A stretch of 64,000 nt of DNA from an uncultured Acidobacteriota bacterium (GTDB lineage Bacteria > Acidobacteriota > Vicinamibacteria > Vicinamibacterales > CAVVIG01), in assembly GCA_963807925.1 (NCBI GenBank), contig CAWEDP010000002.1, forward strand, positions 3,249,080-3,313,079, read 5' to 3'. Shown in pieces: positions 48,298 to 58,562 of the stretch. Each line of letters begins with the position of its first letter. Within the stretch, counting starts at the first letter, position 1. The notes beneath the pieces are model-generated. The model was not told the DNA's origin. It made no database searches and saw only the letters and a list, made by a program, of their open reading frames with translations. Position numbers and translations under genes: made by a program.

Positions 48298-48633
48298 TCA
48301 GATCGATCGAATCATCGCCAACAGCATCTTGAACCGCGTGGGCGCATGGACCGCGTGCGGCTGATTGGCAGGCATCAACACCATCTCTCCCGCCGACACC
48401 CTGAGCGGTGTGCCCGAAATGGTGATGTCAGCGTGTCCTTCCAGAACATGCGCCACCGCATCGAACGGCGCGGTGTGCTCGCTCAACGACTGCCCTTCGT
48501 CAAACGCGAACAGCGTGAGGGTTCCACCTGCGCGCTTGAGCAGCGTGCGGCTGACCACCGCGCCATCCTGGTAGGCGGCCAGCGCCAAGGGCTCGAGAAG
48601 CGTGGCGGGGGGCATTTCAGATGACGTCGTCAT
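48298..48633 (-). CDS. cupin-domain protein
   Basis: 111 aa. LSEHTAPFDAVAHVLEGHADITISG..GEMVLMPANQPHAV is a cupin_2-like pattern. Confidence 0.7.
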   Translation of the reverse strand: MTTSSEMPPATLLEPLALAAYQDGAVVSRTLLKRAGGTLTLFAFDEGQSLSEHTAPFDAVAHVLEGHADITISGTPLRVSAGEMVLMPANQPHAVHAPTRFKMLLAMIRSI

Positions 48634-48682
48634 AATTCCCCATCATCCCTTGCGTCTCCTCCGTGGGTGCTATGTTTCGATC

Positions 48683-49363
48683 ATGGACCCTCTCGCGGGC
48701 TCGCAATGGAGCGCCCCCGGCACCGTGGCAGGGTTCGCGCAGTCGGCTCCAAACGCCGTTCTGATGGCGTTCGCGAAAGAGGAACTGCGGCGCGCTGGGA
48801 ACGGGCGTGTGCTCGACCTCGGTTGCGGCGCGGGGCGCAACGCCGTCCCGCTCGCGCGCCTCGGCTGGACGGTCGTCTGCACCGACCTGTCGTGGCCCAT
48901 GCTGTGCGCCGCTGCCACCCGCGCGCGTGATGATCGACTCGACGACTGTCTGCACGTGGTCCTCGCGCCGATGGAGCGTATTCCCGCGCGGGACCGCAGC
49001 TTCGATCTCGTGATCGCGCACGGCATCTGGAATCTTGCGCGTTCCGCCGCGCAGTTCCGCCGGGCACTCAGCGAGGCAGCCCGTGTGGCCAAGCCAGGGG
49101 CGGGCCTGTTCGTGTTCACCTTCTCGCGGAACACCTTTCCACCCGAGGCAGAGCCCGTGGCCGGCGAACCCTTCGTGTTCACGCAGTTCTCCGGCGAGCC
49201 GCAGTGCTTCCTCACCGAGGCGCAGCTCCGCGCCGAGTTAGGTCGTGTCGGCTTCACGCCGGATCCCGGCGTTCCCTTTCGCGAGTACAACCGGCCGCTG
49301 CCGGGGGCCCTCATCACAGGGACGCTGCCGGTGATCTACGAAGCGGCGTTCCGTCGCACATGA
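48683..49363 (+). CDS. class I SAM-dependent methyltransferase
   Basis: ATG at 48683. Motif I VLDLGCGAGRNAVPLARLG. Acidic post-I residue in VVCTDLS. Confidence 0.75.
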   Translation: MDPLAGSQWSAPGTVAGFAQSAPNAVLMAFAKEELRRAGNGRVLDLGCGAGRNAVPLARLGWTVVCTDLSWPMLCAAATRARDDRLDDCLHVVLAPMERIPARDRSFDLVIAHGIWNLARSAAQFRRALSEAARVAKPGAGLFVFTFSRNTFPPEAEPVAGEPFVFTQFSGEPQCFLTEAQLRAELGRVGFTPDPGVPFREYNRPLPGALITGTLPVIYEAAFRRT

Positions 49364-50655
49364 CCTCGACACCGCGCACCCAACTGCCGCCGCGGCTGTT
49401 GCCGATCCTGTATTTCGGCGCCGCGCACGTGGCGCTCGCGCTCGCATTTGGTGCCGTCGCCTTGGATCCGCGTGGCGTCTCCGGATTCTTCTATCACCCT
49501 CGCATGCTGGGGATCGTCCACCTGATCACCCTGGGCTGGATCACCGCATCCATCCTCGGCTCACTCTATATCGTCGGGCCGATCGCGCTGCGCGTGTGGA
49601 TCCCTGCCACGTGGCGTGACTACACCGCGTTCGCCCTGGTCCTCATCGGTATCGTCGGCATGGTGGCGCACTTCTGGATTCAAGACTACGCCGGCATGGC
49701 GTGGTCGGCCGGTACCGTCGGCGTCGGCATCATGGCGGTCGGCGTTCACGTCATTCGGTGCCTCGGTCCTGCCGCGCTTCCGCGGGCCGTCAGCGCACAT
49801 ATCCTGCTGGCCTTCGTGAACGTCTTGGGTGCCGCGACGATGGGCGTGCTCATTGCGTTCGACAAGGTCTATCACTTTCTGCCGGGGTTCGTGCTCGCCA
49901 ACGTGTTCGCCCACGCCCACCTGGCAGCAATCGGCTTGGCGTCGATGATGGTGGTCGGTGTGGCGTACCGGCTGTTGCCGATGGTCCTGCCGGCGGCAAT
50001 GCCCAGCGGGCCGCGTCTGTGGATCAGCGCGGTACTCCTCCAAGCCGGTGTGTCGGGGCTCTTCGTGACCCTGTTACTCCGCAGTCCGCTGGCCTGGATC
50101 TTCGCGCTGATCGTCGTCGCCGGGTTTGTGGGATTCATCTCGCAGGTTGTGTGGATGCTGCGGCGTCCGCGTCCCCGCCCGCAAGGGTCGCGTCGTCCTG
50201 ATCCGGCGGTACTACACGCGGGTGCGTCGTTCGCCTCGCTGGGCGTCGCGTCGGTGCTCGGGGTGTGGCTCTCGATCGCCGAGCCGTCTTCGGCGGCGCT
50301 GCGCATCGCGATGGCCTACGGCGTCTTCGGCCTCGTCGGGTTTCTAGCGCAACTCGTCGTCGGCATGGAAGGGCGATTGCTGCCGATCTTTGCGTGGTAT
50401 TGGGCGTACGCCAACACCGGATACAAGGGGCCGGTGCCTTCACAGCACGCGATGTCCTGGCGCCCCGGTCAGCAGCTTGTCTTCGTGCTGTGGCTGTTCG
50501 GTGTGCCTGCCTTGGCAGGCGGCCTCGCCTTCGACGCGATTCCGTTCGTCAGCGCTGCCGCATGGTGCCTGCTCGCGGCGACCCTGATCGATGCTGCCAA
50601 CGTGACCAGAATTCTGCGTTACGCGTTTTTGACGCCGGCATCGGCGCCGGCCTGA
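49360..50655 (+). CDS. polytopic His-containing membrane protein of unknown family
   Basis: ATG at 49360 overlaps the methyltransferase stop (ATGA). About 12 hydrophobic segments. Conserved-looking His in HPRMLGIVHLITLGW and FAHAHLAAIG. A heme-copper/NnrS-like assignment is only a guess. Confidence 0.6.
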   Translation: MTSTPRTQLPPRLLPILYFGAAHVALALAFGAVALDPRGVSGFFYHPRMLGIVHLITLGWITASILGSLYIVGPIALRVWIPATWRDYTAFALVLIGIVGMVAHFWIQDYAGMAWSAGTVGVGIMAVGVHVIRCLGPAALPRAVSAHILLAFVNVLGAATMGVLIAFDKVYHFLPGFVLANVFAHAHLAAIGLASMMVVGVAYRLLPMVLPAAMPSGPRLWISAVLLQAGVSGLFVTLLLRSPLAWIFALIVVAGFVGFISQVVWMLRRPRPRPQGSRRPDPAVLHAGASFASLGVASVLGVWLSIAEPSSAALRIAMAYGVFGLVGFLAQLVVGMEGRLLPIFAWYWAYANTGYKGPVPSQHAMSWRPGQQLVFVLWLFGVPALAGGLAFDAIPFVSAAAWCLLAATLIDAANVTRILRYAFLTPASAPA

Positions 50656-51224
50656 ACATCCCGTCGGCGGCGATGTTTCCGTGGGACAGCCCTGCTCGCG
50701 TGCGAGGCGGGATATGTGACCTGCGTTCCCTGGACTCGTGCCCACGGCGTCAGTTCGTGAGGCCGCGCGCGAACCCCGCTGGTGATCTCGCCCGACTCGA
50801 CGCCTCGCGCCAGCAGCGCGTCCGCAATCAGCGACCGGTGACAACGCCACGGCACTGACTCTGCACACATCAGCGCGACGCGCTCTCGTTTCGCGAAGTC
50901 AATACACCGCGCCAGGCTGTCTGCGAACTCCGGCGTCTGCATGTAATCGGCATAGCCACGGAAGCTGGCGTTCCGCCACGCCGTATTCGCGGAGTCGGCC
51001 CGCGCATGGCGCAAGCCGCCCAGCCCAGGCATGTGTGTGTAGTGCATCCTCGCGCAGTGCAGGGCCGGAGACAGCTGGACGCGATTGAACTGTGGATTGT
51101 GGCGTGATCGCGGAATCGTGCGCACGTCGACGACGCGTTGCACGCCATGCGCCTTGAGAAGTCGGATGAAGACATCGATCGGGCGCGTGGAGTGCCCGAT
51201 CGTAAAGATGATCGGCCGTGTCAC
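50619..51224 (-). CDS. DUF488-family protein
   Basis: IFTIGHSTRPIDVFIRLLKAHGVQRVVDVR...ALMCAESVPWRCHRSLIAD is a typical DUF488 sequence. Confidence 0.8.
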   Translation of the reverse strand: MTRPIIFTIGHSTRPIDVFIRLLKAHGVQRVVDVRTIPRSRHNPQFNRVQLSPALHCARMHYTHMPGLGGLRHARADSANTAWRNASFRGYADYMQTPEFADSLARCIDFAKRERVALMCAESVPWRCHRSLIADALLARGVESGEITSGVRARPHELTPWARVQGTQVTYPASHASRAVPRKHRRRRDVQAGADAGVKNA

Positions 51225-51235
51225 GTCACTCCGCC

Positions 51236-51661
51236 CTACGGTTCCGCTTCCGTGATCGACTCAGCCGTCCTGCCGGGCCACGCGATCGTGAGCAGGAACG
51301 CGCTTTCTTGAAGGGCGTCGAGGGCATGAGGCGTTCCGTGATCCAGCGCGAGCAGACTCCCCGGACGGAGGTCGAACGTGCGTCCTGACGCATTCAGCCG
51401 GATGTGGCCTGAGAGGACGTGGACGGAAATTCGCCCTTCGGTTTGGTGTTCGGGGATGTGGGTATTGGCCTGGAGCGCCGTGAGGACCACTCGGAAGTCG
51501 TCGTACTTCAGGAGCGTTCTCGCGTTCTGACCGGTGCTCCAGGTCGTCTCACGGTGAAGCCGATCGACTTCTGCCGTCAGGTCGAATTCGAGAAACGGAC
51601 TCGCCATCAGCGGGGAATGCGGTCGCCTGTGCGCGGGCTCTTGCGGTGGGCTATCAGACAT
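51236..51661 (-). CDS. cupin-domain protein
   Basis: ATG at 51661 with GGAGG upstream. IPEHQTEGRISVHVLSGHIRLNASG..LALDHGTPHAL. Confidence 0.7.
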   Translation of the reverse strand: MSDSPPQEPAHRRPHSPLMASPFLEFDLTAEVDRLHRETTWSTGQNARTLLKYDDFRVVLTALQANTHIPEHQTEGRISVHVLSGHIRLNASGRTFDLRPGSLLALDHGTPHALDALQESAFLLTIAWPGRTAESITEAEP

Positions 51662-51697
51662 CAGAACCTCCATGAGTGCTCGCGGACCGTGCAACGA

Positions 51698-51895
51698 TTA
51701 TCGTTCGATCCATTCTACGAACGATCCCACGCTGTCGGTGACGAGCATCACGCGCAGAACGCGATCGTTGTGATACATGAGCTTCGCGCCGGCTCGCGCA
51801 TCCTCGACGGATAGGTAGTGCGTCCACGTTTCGGGAAGACCCGCCGCCGTCCCCTGCTTCATGATCGCCCGAAGCCTGAATGCCGGTGTCGGCAT
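51698..51895 (-). CDS. small hypothetical protein
   Basis: ORF 51698-51934, likely starting at MPTPAFRL (51895). No motif recognised. Confidence 0.3.
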   Translation of the reverse strand: MPTPAFRLRAIMKQGTAAGLPETWTHYLSVEDARAGAKLMYHNDRVLRVMLVTDSVGSFVEWIER

Positions 51896-52067
51896 GTCCG
51901 CCCTCCTCCTCGCACCCTCGTGCGAAACCTCCATGCGGTTCCCATCCTGCCCCCGGGCACCTCGGGGCGTCTTTGCGGTGGCGCAATCATGCGATCAGCC
52001 TGCCAGAGACGACCCCGGCAAAACATGCGCTCGGCCGGGCGATATGGCACGATGAGGCGCAGATCCC

Positions 52068-52785
52068 AATGACTGTTCCCCGCGACACGTCGGCACTCGG
52101 CGACCAGCTCGGTCACGTGCCGCTGTTTCAGGGCCTGGCCGCCGATGTCATGGCGCGCATCAGAGGTCAGGCGCGCTCACGAGCGATCGCGACGGGTGAG
52201 GCCTTCTTCCACGAGGGAGACGAAGCCGACGCGTTCTTCGTCCTCACGAGTGGCCGCGTGAAGCTGACACAGCTCACGCCGGAGGGACATCAGGTGGTCC
52301 TTCGTATCATTGGCGTGGGCGACGCCTTCGGCGGCGCGGGTGCCTTCGGCGATGTCACATATCCGATTGGCGCCGAAGCCGTCGAGCCGGCCGTGGCCCT
52401 GGTGTGGACATCCCAGGCGATCCGGCAGTTGCTGGAGACCGAGCCTCGAGTGGCCTTCAATGCCGTGCAATTCGTCGCCGGCCGGCTGCACGATCTGCAG
52501 CGTCGCCACCGGCAGCTCATGACGGAACGCGTGGAGCGGCGCGTCGCACGGGCGTTGCTGCGACTCGTGCGCGAGGCTGGCCGCCGTGTGGACGGCGGGG
52601 TGGAAATCGACTTCCCCGTCTCGCGCCAGGACATCGCGGAGATGACCGGCACGACGCTGTACACAGTGAGTCGCCTTCTGAGTGCCTGGGAGGATCGCGG
52701 CATCGTCCAGAGCGGTCGCCAGCACATTATTTTGACGAAGCCGCACGCACTGGTGGTGCTCGCGGAAGACCTGCCCGACCGCTGA
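52068..52785 (+). CDS. Crp/Fnr-family transcriptional regulator
   Basis: ATG at 52068. cNMP-binding-like domain (VPLFQGL..FFHEGDEADAFFVLTSGRVKL) and C-terminal HTH RQDIAEMTGTTLYTVSRLLSAWEDRGIV. Confidence 0.85.
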
Positions 52786-52855
52786 AACGCGCCGGGTTGT
52801 CAGCCTCGTTGCGCGGGCGCAAAGACGCGGCTCGTCAGCCGATCCACGATGGCCC

Positions 52856-53113
52856 TTGAGCATCAGTGAACTCATGGGCAACAGGCCTGAAATGGTCAAC
52901 ACCGGCGAAATGGTGTCGGCTCTCCTGACCAGACATCCGCGGGCTGCGCGGGTCTTGGTGAATCACGGCATGCACTGCGTCGGCTGCGCGATCGCGCGAT
53001 TCGAAACGCTGGCGGAAGCGTGCGCGGTGTATGGCATCCCTGTGGAGCGCCTGCTCGACGAGCTTCGTGAACGGGGTCCTGAGGCCGACGAAGAAAGCGA
53101 GGACAACGCATGA
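52856..53113 (+). CDS. DUF1858-domain protein
   Basis: LLTRHPRAARVLVNHGMHCVGCAIARFETLAEACAVYGIPVERLLDEL is DUF1858-like. The start could be at an internal Met. Confidence 0.65.
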   Translation: MSISELMGNRPEMVNTGEMVSALLTRHPRAARVLVNHGMHCVGCAIARFETLAEACAVYGIPVERLLDELRERGPEADEESEDNA

Positions 53114-53379
53114 CGACATTCACTTCGCCAACCATCATCGGCGGCGATCCCGTGTGTCTCGACTCGGCCGGGCCGATGACGTCTGACGTCGTCGAGCGGA
53201 TCCAGGCCGAATACACGGAGATGCCCGGTCTGACGCTCACACTGCCGCAAGCGGCCCGCCTGTTTGTGGTGAATGCGCACGAGTCGCAGCGTGTGCTGTC
53301 GGAACTCATGGCGTGCGGATTCCTCCGCCGGGACCAGAGCGGCGCGTACCGACGGCAGCCCTGCCCGCGTTGCTCGTGA
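53110..53379 (+). CDS. small hypothetical protein (wHTH-like)
   Basis: 89 aa. Overlaps the upstream stop (ATGA), and its own stop overlaps the norB ATG by 1 nt. Confidence 0.4.
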   Translation: MTTFTSPTIIGGDPVCLDSAGPMTSDVVERIQAEYTEMPGLTLTLPQAARLFVVNAHESQRVLSELMACGFLRRDQSGAYRRQPCPRCS

Positions 53380-55725
53380 TGAGGCCAGGTCACATGCCTG
53401 ACGACCGACGTCCGCTTGATGCGCTCTCGCCCTGGTGGCGACACACCACGATTCTGCTGCTCGTGTTCGGCTTGACCGTGTTGATCTGGCTGGCCGCACG
53501 CACGTACCGCGGCAGTCCGCCGATTCCGGATCGCGTCGTGAGTTCAACCGGCACGGCGCTCTTCACCGGCACCGACATCATGGCCGGTCAACAGGTCTTC
53601 CTGAAATACGGTCTCATGGAGAACGGCACCGTCTGGGGGCACGGTGCGTACCTTAGGCCCGGACTTTTCTGCCGCGTATGTGCATGCGGTCGTGGACGAC
53701 GCTCGAGAGCAGCTCGCCGCGCAGCAGGGCCGTTCGTGGGCAACGCTCACGCCGACCGGGCGGGCGGCCGTCGACGCGAGCGTTCGCGCGCTACTGAAAC
53801 ACAACGGGTACGACGACCGCACGCGCACCCTCACGCTGTCAGACGTCGAGGCCGCGTCGTACCGTCGCCAGATTGCGCGGTGGCAGACGTATTTTGCACA
53901 GTCTCACGAGAGCAGTGGATTGCCCCCGCACTACATCACGGATGCCGGCGCGCTCCGTCAGCTGACGGCGTTCTTCGCCTGGACCGCCTGGGCGTCGGTG
54001 GCCGTGCGTCCGGGAACCAACTATTCCTACACCAACAACTTTCCCTACGATCCGGACGCGGGCAATACGGTGACCAGCGAGGCGATCGTGTGGAGCGCGC
54101 TCAGCCTGATCACGCTGCTCGCCGGGACCGGCCTCGCGCTCCTGGCCTTCGGGAAGTTCGACTACCTCGGCTGGAAAGGCCGGACCGGGCACGTCCATCC
54201 GCAACTTCTGCCAGGCGTCACGACCCCGAGCCAGCGCGCGACCCTGAAGTACTTCGTGCTCGTCACCGTCTTGTTTCTTGCGCAAGTGTTCGTCGGAGGA
54301 GCCACAGCGCACTACCGTGCGGATCCCACGAGTTTCTACGGCATCGATCTCAGTCGCCTGCTGCCCAGCAACATCGTCCGCACGTGGCATCTGCAGCTTG
54401 CGATCTTCTGGGTCGCCACAGCGTACATCGCCGGAGGTCTCTTGCTCGCGCCCGCATTGTCTGGCCGGGATCCGCGAGGTCAGACCCGCGGCATCCACCT
54501 CCTCTTCGGCGCCCTCCTGGTGGTTGTGACGGGCAGCCTCCTGGGGGAACTGCTCGGCATCAATCAGCGCCTCGGCACGCTCTGGTTCTGGCTGGGCCAC
54601 CAGGGATGGGAATATCTCGATCTCGGTCGGTTCTGGCAAATCTTGCTCGCGGTGGGCCTCGTCGGGTGGCTCGTGCTGCTCTTTCGAGCGATCGGTCCGG
54701 CCCGCCACGATCCGGCGTCGCTGGAGATCGCGTCGCTCTTCTTGTACACCGCGGTCGCGATCCCGCTCTTCTATCTGCCGGCACTCTTCTTTTCGAGCAC
54801 GAGCAGTTTCTCGGTCGTCGATACGTGGCGCTTCTGGATCATCCATCTCTGGGTGGAAGGCTTCTTCGAGGTCTTCGTCACCGTCATGGTGGCCATCGTC
54901 TTCTTCAAGCTGGGCGTCATCTCGCAGCAGACCGCCGCGAGAGTCGTCTATCTCGACGCCATTCTGTATCTCGGGGCCGGCATGGTGGGCACGGCGCACC
55001 ACTGGTATTGGACGGGCCAGTCGGTCACGACGCTGGCCTTCGGCGCCATGTTCTCAGCGATGGAGGTCGTGCCGCTCACCTTGCTCACCCTCGACGCATG
55101 GGATTTCATCAGGCTCACGGACGGCACGTGCGACGTGTGCGGCCAGGCGATCGCCGTGCCGCACAAGTGGACGTTCTACTTCATGATCGCCGTGGGCGTG
55201 TGGAACTTCGTCGGGGCCGGCGTGTTCGGATTCCTCATCAATCTGCCGGTCGTCAGCTACTTCGAAGTCGGTACGCTGCTCACGCCCAATCACGGGCACG
55301 CCGCCATGATGGGCGTCTTTGGGATGCTGGCCGTGGCCTTGGTCGTCCTGGCCATCCGGCAAGTGTCGACCGACGACGAGTGGTCGCGGGTCGAGCCGTA
55401 CATTCGCGTGTCGTTTTGGGGCTTGAACATCGGCCTCGCGCTCATGGTCGTCACGAATCTGTTTCCCGGCGGCGTCCTGCAACTGATGGACGTTCTGAGA
55501 CACGGGTATTGGCACGCCCGCAGCCGGGAGTTCCTCGACGCCCCGCTCGTCCGGACGCTCGAATGGCTCCGGATGCCTGGGGATCTGGTCTTTATCGCGT
55601 GCGGCGTGGTGCCGTTGGTCATCGCGACGGCACGCACTTACATTCGGACGTTGACGGGCAACGGGAAGCTTCTGGCCCGCGGCGGCATCAGCTCAGTCGA
55701 CAGCGCTGCCACTGCTCATGACTGA
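53379..55725 (+). pseudogene. norB: quinol-type nitric oxide reductase large subunit (qNOR/NorZ-like), one frameshift
   Basis: The N-terminal extension (ORF 53313 frame: WWRHTTILLLVFGL..GTVWGHGAYL) joins ORF 53644-55725 (PDFSAAYVHAV...). An extra A at 53655 breaks the frame. His ligand regions HLWVEGFFE, GTAHHWYW and NHGHAAMMG. Confidence 0.8.
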
Positions 55726-55743
55726 AGTCGGAACGTCCACTAG

Positions 55744-57022
55744 CAGGATGCTGAAAAAGTGACGTTCAGCGCTCGGTTATCGTTCGCCCAATCATGATGG
55801 CGACATCGCTCGTGGCTCGTGGTCCTCATGCCTTGGTTCCGTCAGGCTGGCTGGGCCAGCAGTGTGCGCATCCGGACCAGGTTAAACGCCGCGGCGGTGA
55901 AGATGAAGTTCCAGTTGACGCGCGCGCCGCCGCGGTGTCGCAGCTTGCGCATCAGACCGACCGTCTTCATCCAGCCGAAACATTGCTCGACCAGCTTTCG
56001 TTTCTGTTGACTGACCGCGTAGCCCGGATGTCGGGTCGTGCGCGCATCGATCGCGCTGCCGCGAGTCGCCGTCTCGGGATACTGGGCCACATGCGGGGTG
56101 ACGCCCAGCGTGCGGAGTTGGTGCACGAAACCTTTGGTGTCGTAGTTCTTGTCGCCGCCGACCGTCACGCGATGGGTGTCGGGCAGATCGGCAATCATCG
56201 CCCCGGCTGCATCGCGCTCCGCCGTCCCCGTGGCATGCGTGACCAGCGCGTCGATGATCAAGCCGTGACGATTCTCCGTGAGCACATGCCCGAGATACGC
56301 CAACTTGGCTTCCTGCCCCGAGGCTTTCTTGTACAGGCGCGCGTCCGGATCGGTGGTCGACGCATGCGTGTCGTTCGCCCGCTCCTCGCCGCGGAAGTTC
56401 ACGGTCGGATTGCGGCCCGTCGGATCATCCGCTGGTGGATCCGGGCGGTCCTTGGGGCGAAAACTTTTCTGACTCGCCCACGCCTCGAGCAACGTGCCAT
56501 CCACGGTGAAGTGGTCATCCGAGAGCAAGCCCGCCGCCCCCGCAGCCGCCCGCACTTCAAGGAAAAACGCCTGCGCGATGTCGCCCTCCAAGAGCCGGTC
56601 TCGATTCTTGCTGAAGACGGTCGGCACCCAGACCGGGTCATCCATACTCAGGCCGATGAACCACCGAAACAACAGGTTGTACTGCAGTTGCTCCATCAGC
56701 AGCCGTTCGCTGCGCACGGTGTACAACGTCTGCAGCAACAACGCCCGCAGCAACTGCTCGGGCGGGATCGACGGCCGACCGATGTCCGAGTACAGCCGGT
56801 CAAAACGAGGCGACAACCGCCCGAGCACTGCGTCGGTCATCTGCCGAATCGGACGCAGCGGATGGTCGGCAGGGATCCGATCCTCCGGCGACAGGTAACT
56901 AAACAGATGCCCCGTTTGCTGGTCGTCTCCACGCATCGGCTGGCTCCCTCCGTGAATGGGAGCATCGTAGTACGACGAGATCACGATGTCGATCCCATGG
57001 GAGTCACTTTTTCAGCATCCTG
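55744..57022 (-). mobile_element. IS5-family insertion sequence, copy 1 (intact)
   Basis: 1279 bp. IRs CAGGATGCTGAAAAAGTGAC / GTCACTTTTTCAGCATCCTG. Flanked by CTAG on both sides (55740-55743 / 57023-57026). Confidence 0.85.
55842..56984 (-). CDS. IS5-family DDE transposase
   Basis: 380 aa. GGDKNYD, VEQCFGWMK and FNLVRM are typical of IS5-group transposases. Confidence 0.9.
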   Translation of the reverse strand: MISSYYDAPIHGGSQPMRGDDQQTGHLFSYLSPEDRIPADHPLRPIRQMTDAVLGRLSPRFDRLYSDIGRPSIPPEQLLRALLLQTLYTVRSERLLMEQLQYNLLFRWFIGLSMDDPVWVPTVFSKNRDRLLEGDIAQAFFLEVRAAAGAAGLLSDDHFTVDGTLLEAWASQKSFRPKDRPDPPADDPTGRNPTVNFRGEERANDTHASTTDPDARLYKKASGQEAKLAYLGHVLTENRHGLIIDALVTHATGTAERDAAGAMIADLPDTHRVTVGGDKNYDTKGFVHQLRTLGVTPHVAQYPETATRGSAIDARTTRHPGYAVSQQKRKLVEQCFGWMKTVGLMRKLRHRGGARVNWNFIFTAAAFNLVRMRTLLAQPA

Positions 57023-57284
57023 CTAGTGGTGGGCGCACCTGGTGGGCGCACCTCGAGTTCACCCCTATAAACATTGATGTCATACCGACGTCGACCTCAA
57101 ACCGATCCGCGTAGACTGTGCGGCGTCCACGCTCGCCGCGCTCGGGTTGAAGGAGGCCGAGATGAGACTGATCGGCTGCGACTTACATATGAGCCAGCAA
57201 TCGATAGCGATGTTGGATCGCGACACCGGTGAGATCGTCGAGAGGACATTGACGCACGAAGGCGGGGCCGTCCGCGAGTTCTAT

Positions 57285-58562
57285 CAGGATGCTGAAAAAG
57301 TGACGTTCAGCGCTCGGTTATCGTTCGCCCAATCATGATGGCGACATCGCTCGTGGCTCGTGGTCCTCATGCCTTGGTTCCGTCAGGCTGGCTGGGCCAG
57401 CAGTGTGCGCATCCGGACCAGGTTAAACGCCGCGGCGGTGAAGATGAAGTTCCAGTTGACGCGCGCGCCGCCGCGGTGTCGCAGCTTGCGCATCAGACCG
57501 ACCGTCTTCATCCAGCCGAAACATTGCTCGACCAGCTTTCGTTTCTGTTGACTGACCGCGTAGCCCGGATGTCGGGTCGTGCGCGCATCGATCGCGCTGC
57601 CGCGAGTCGCCGTCTCGGGATACTGGGCCACATGCGGGGTGACGCCCAGCGTGCGGAGTTGGTGCACGAAACCTTTGGTGTCGTAGTTCTTGTCGCCGCC
57701 GACCGTCACGCGATGGGTGTCGGGCAGATCGGCAATCATCGCCCCGGCTGCATCGCGCTCCGCCGTCCCCGTGGCATGCGTGACCAGCGCGTCGATGATC
57801 AAGCCGTGACGATTCTCCGTGAGCACATGCCCGAGATACGCCAACTTGGCTTCCTGCCCCGAGGCTTTCTTGTACAGGCGCGCGTCCGGATCGGTGGTCG
57901 ACGCATGCGTGTCGTTCGCCCGCTCCTCGCCGCGGAAGTTCACGGTCGGATTGCGGCCCGTCGGATCATCCGCTGGTGGATCCGGGCGGTCCTTGGGGCG
58001 AAAACTTTTCTGACTCGCCCACGCCTCAGCAACGTGCCATCCACGGTGAAGTGGTCATCCGAGAGCAAGCCCGCCGCCCCCGCAGCCGCCCGCACTTCAA
58101 GGAAAAACGCCTGCGCGATGTCGCCCTCCAAGAGCCGGTCTCGATTCTTGCTGAAGACGGTCGGCACCCAGACCGGGTCATCCATACTCAGGCCGATGAA
58201 CCACCGAAACAACAGGTTGTACTGCAGTTGCTCCATCAGCAGCCGTTCGCTGCGCACGGTGTACAACGTCTGCAGCAACAACGCCCGCAGCAACTGCTCG
58301 GGCGGGATCGACGGCCGACCGATGTCCGAGTACAGCCGGTCAAAACGAGGCGACAACCGCCCGAGCACTGCGTCGGTCATCTGCCGAATCGGACGCAGCG
58401 GATGGTCGGCAGGGATCCGATCCTCCGGCGACAGGTAACTAAACAGATGCCCCGTTTGCTGGTCGTCTCCACGCATCGGCTGGCTCCCTCCGTGAATGGG
58501 AGCATCGTAGTACGACGAGATCACGATGTCGATCCCATGGGAGTCACTTTTTCAGCATCCTG
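57285..58562 (-). mobile_element. IS5-family insertion sequence, copy 2
   Basis: 1278 bp with the same IRs as copy 1. 4-bp target duplication CTAT (57281-57284 / 58563-58566). Removing it restores the IS110 reading frame. Confidence 0.85.
57383..58524 (-). pseudogene. IS5-family transposase with a 1-nt deletion
   Basis: Split into ORFs 57940-58524 and 57383-57943. Copy 1 reads CGCCTCGAGC (56481-56490) where copy 2 reads CGCCTCAGC (~58027). Confidence 0.85.
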
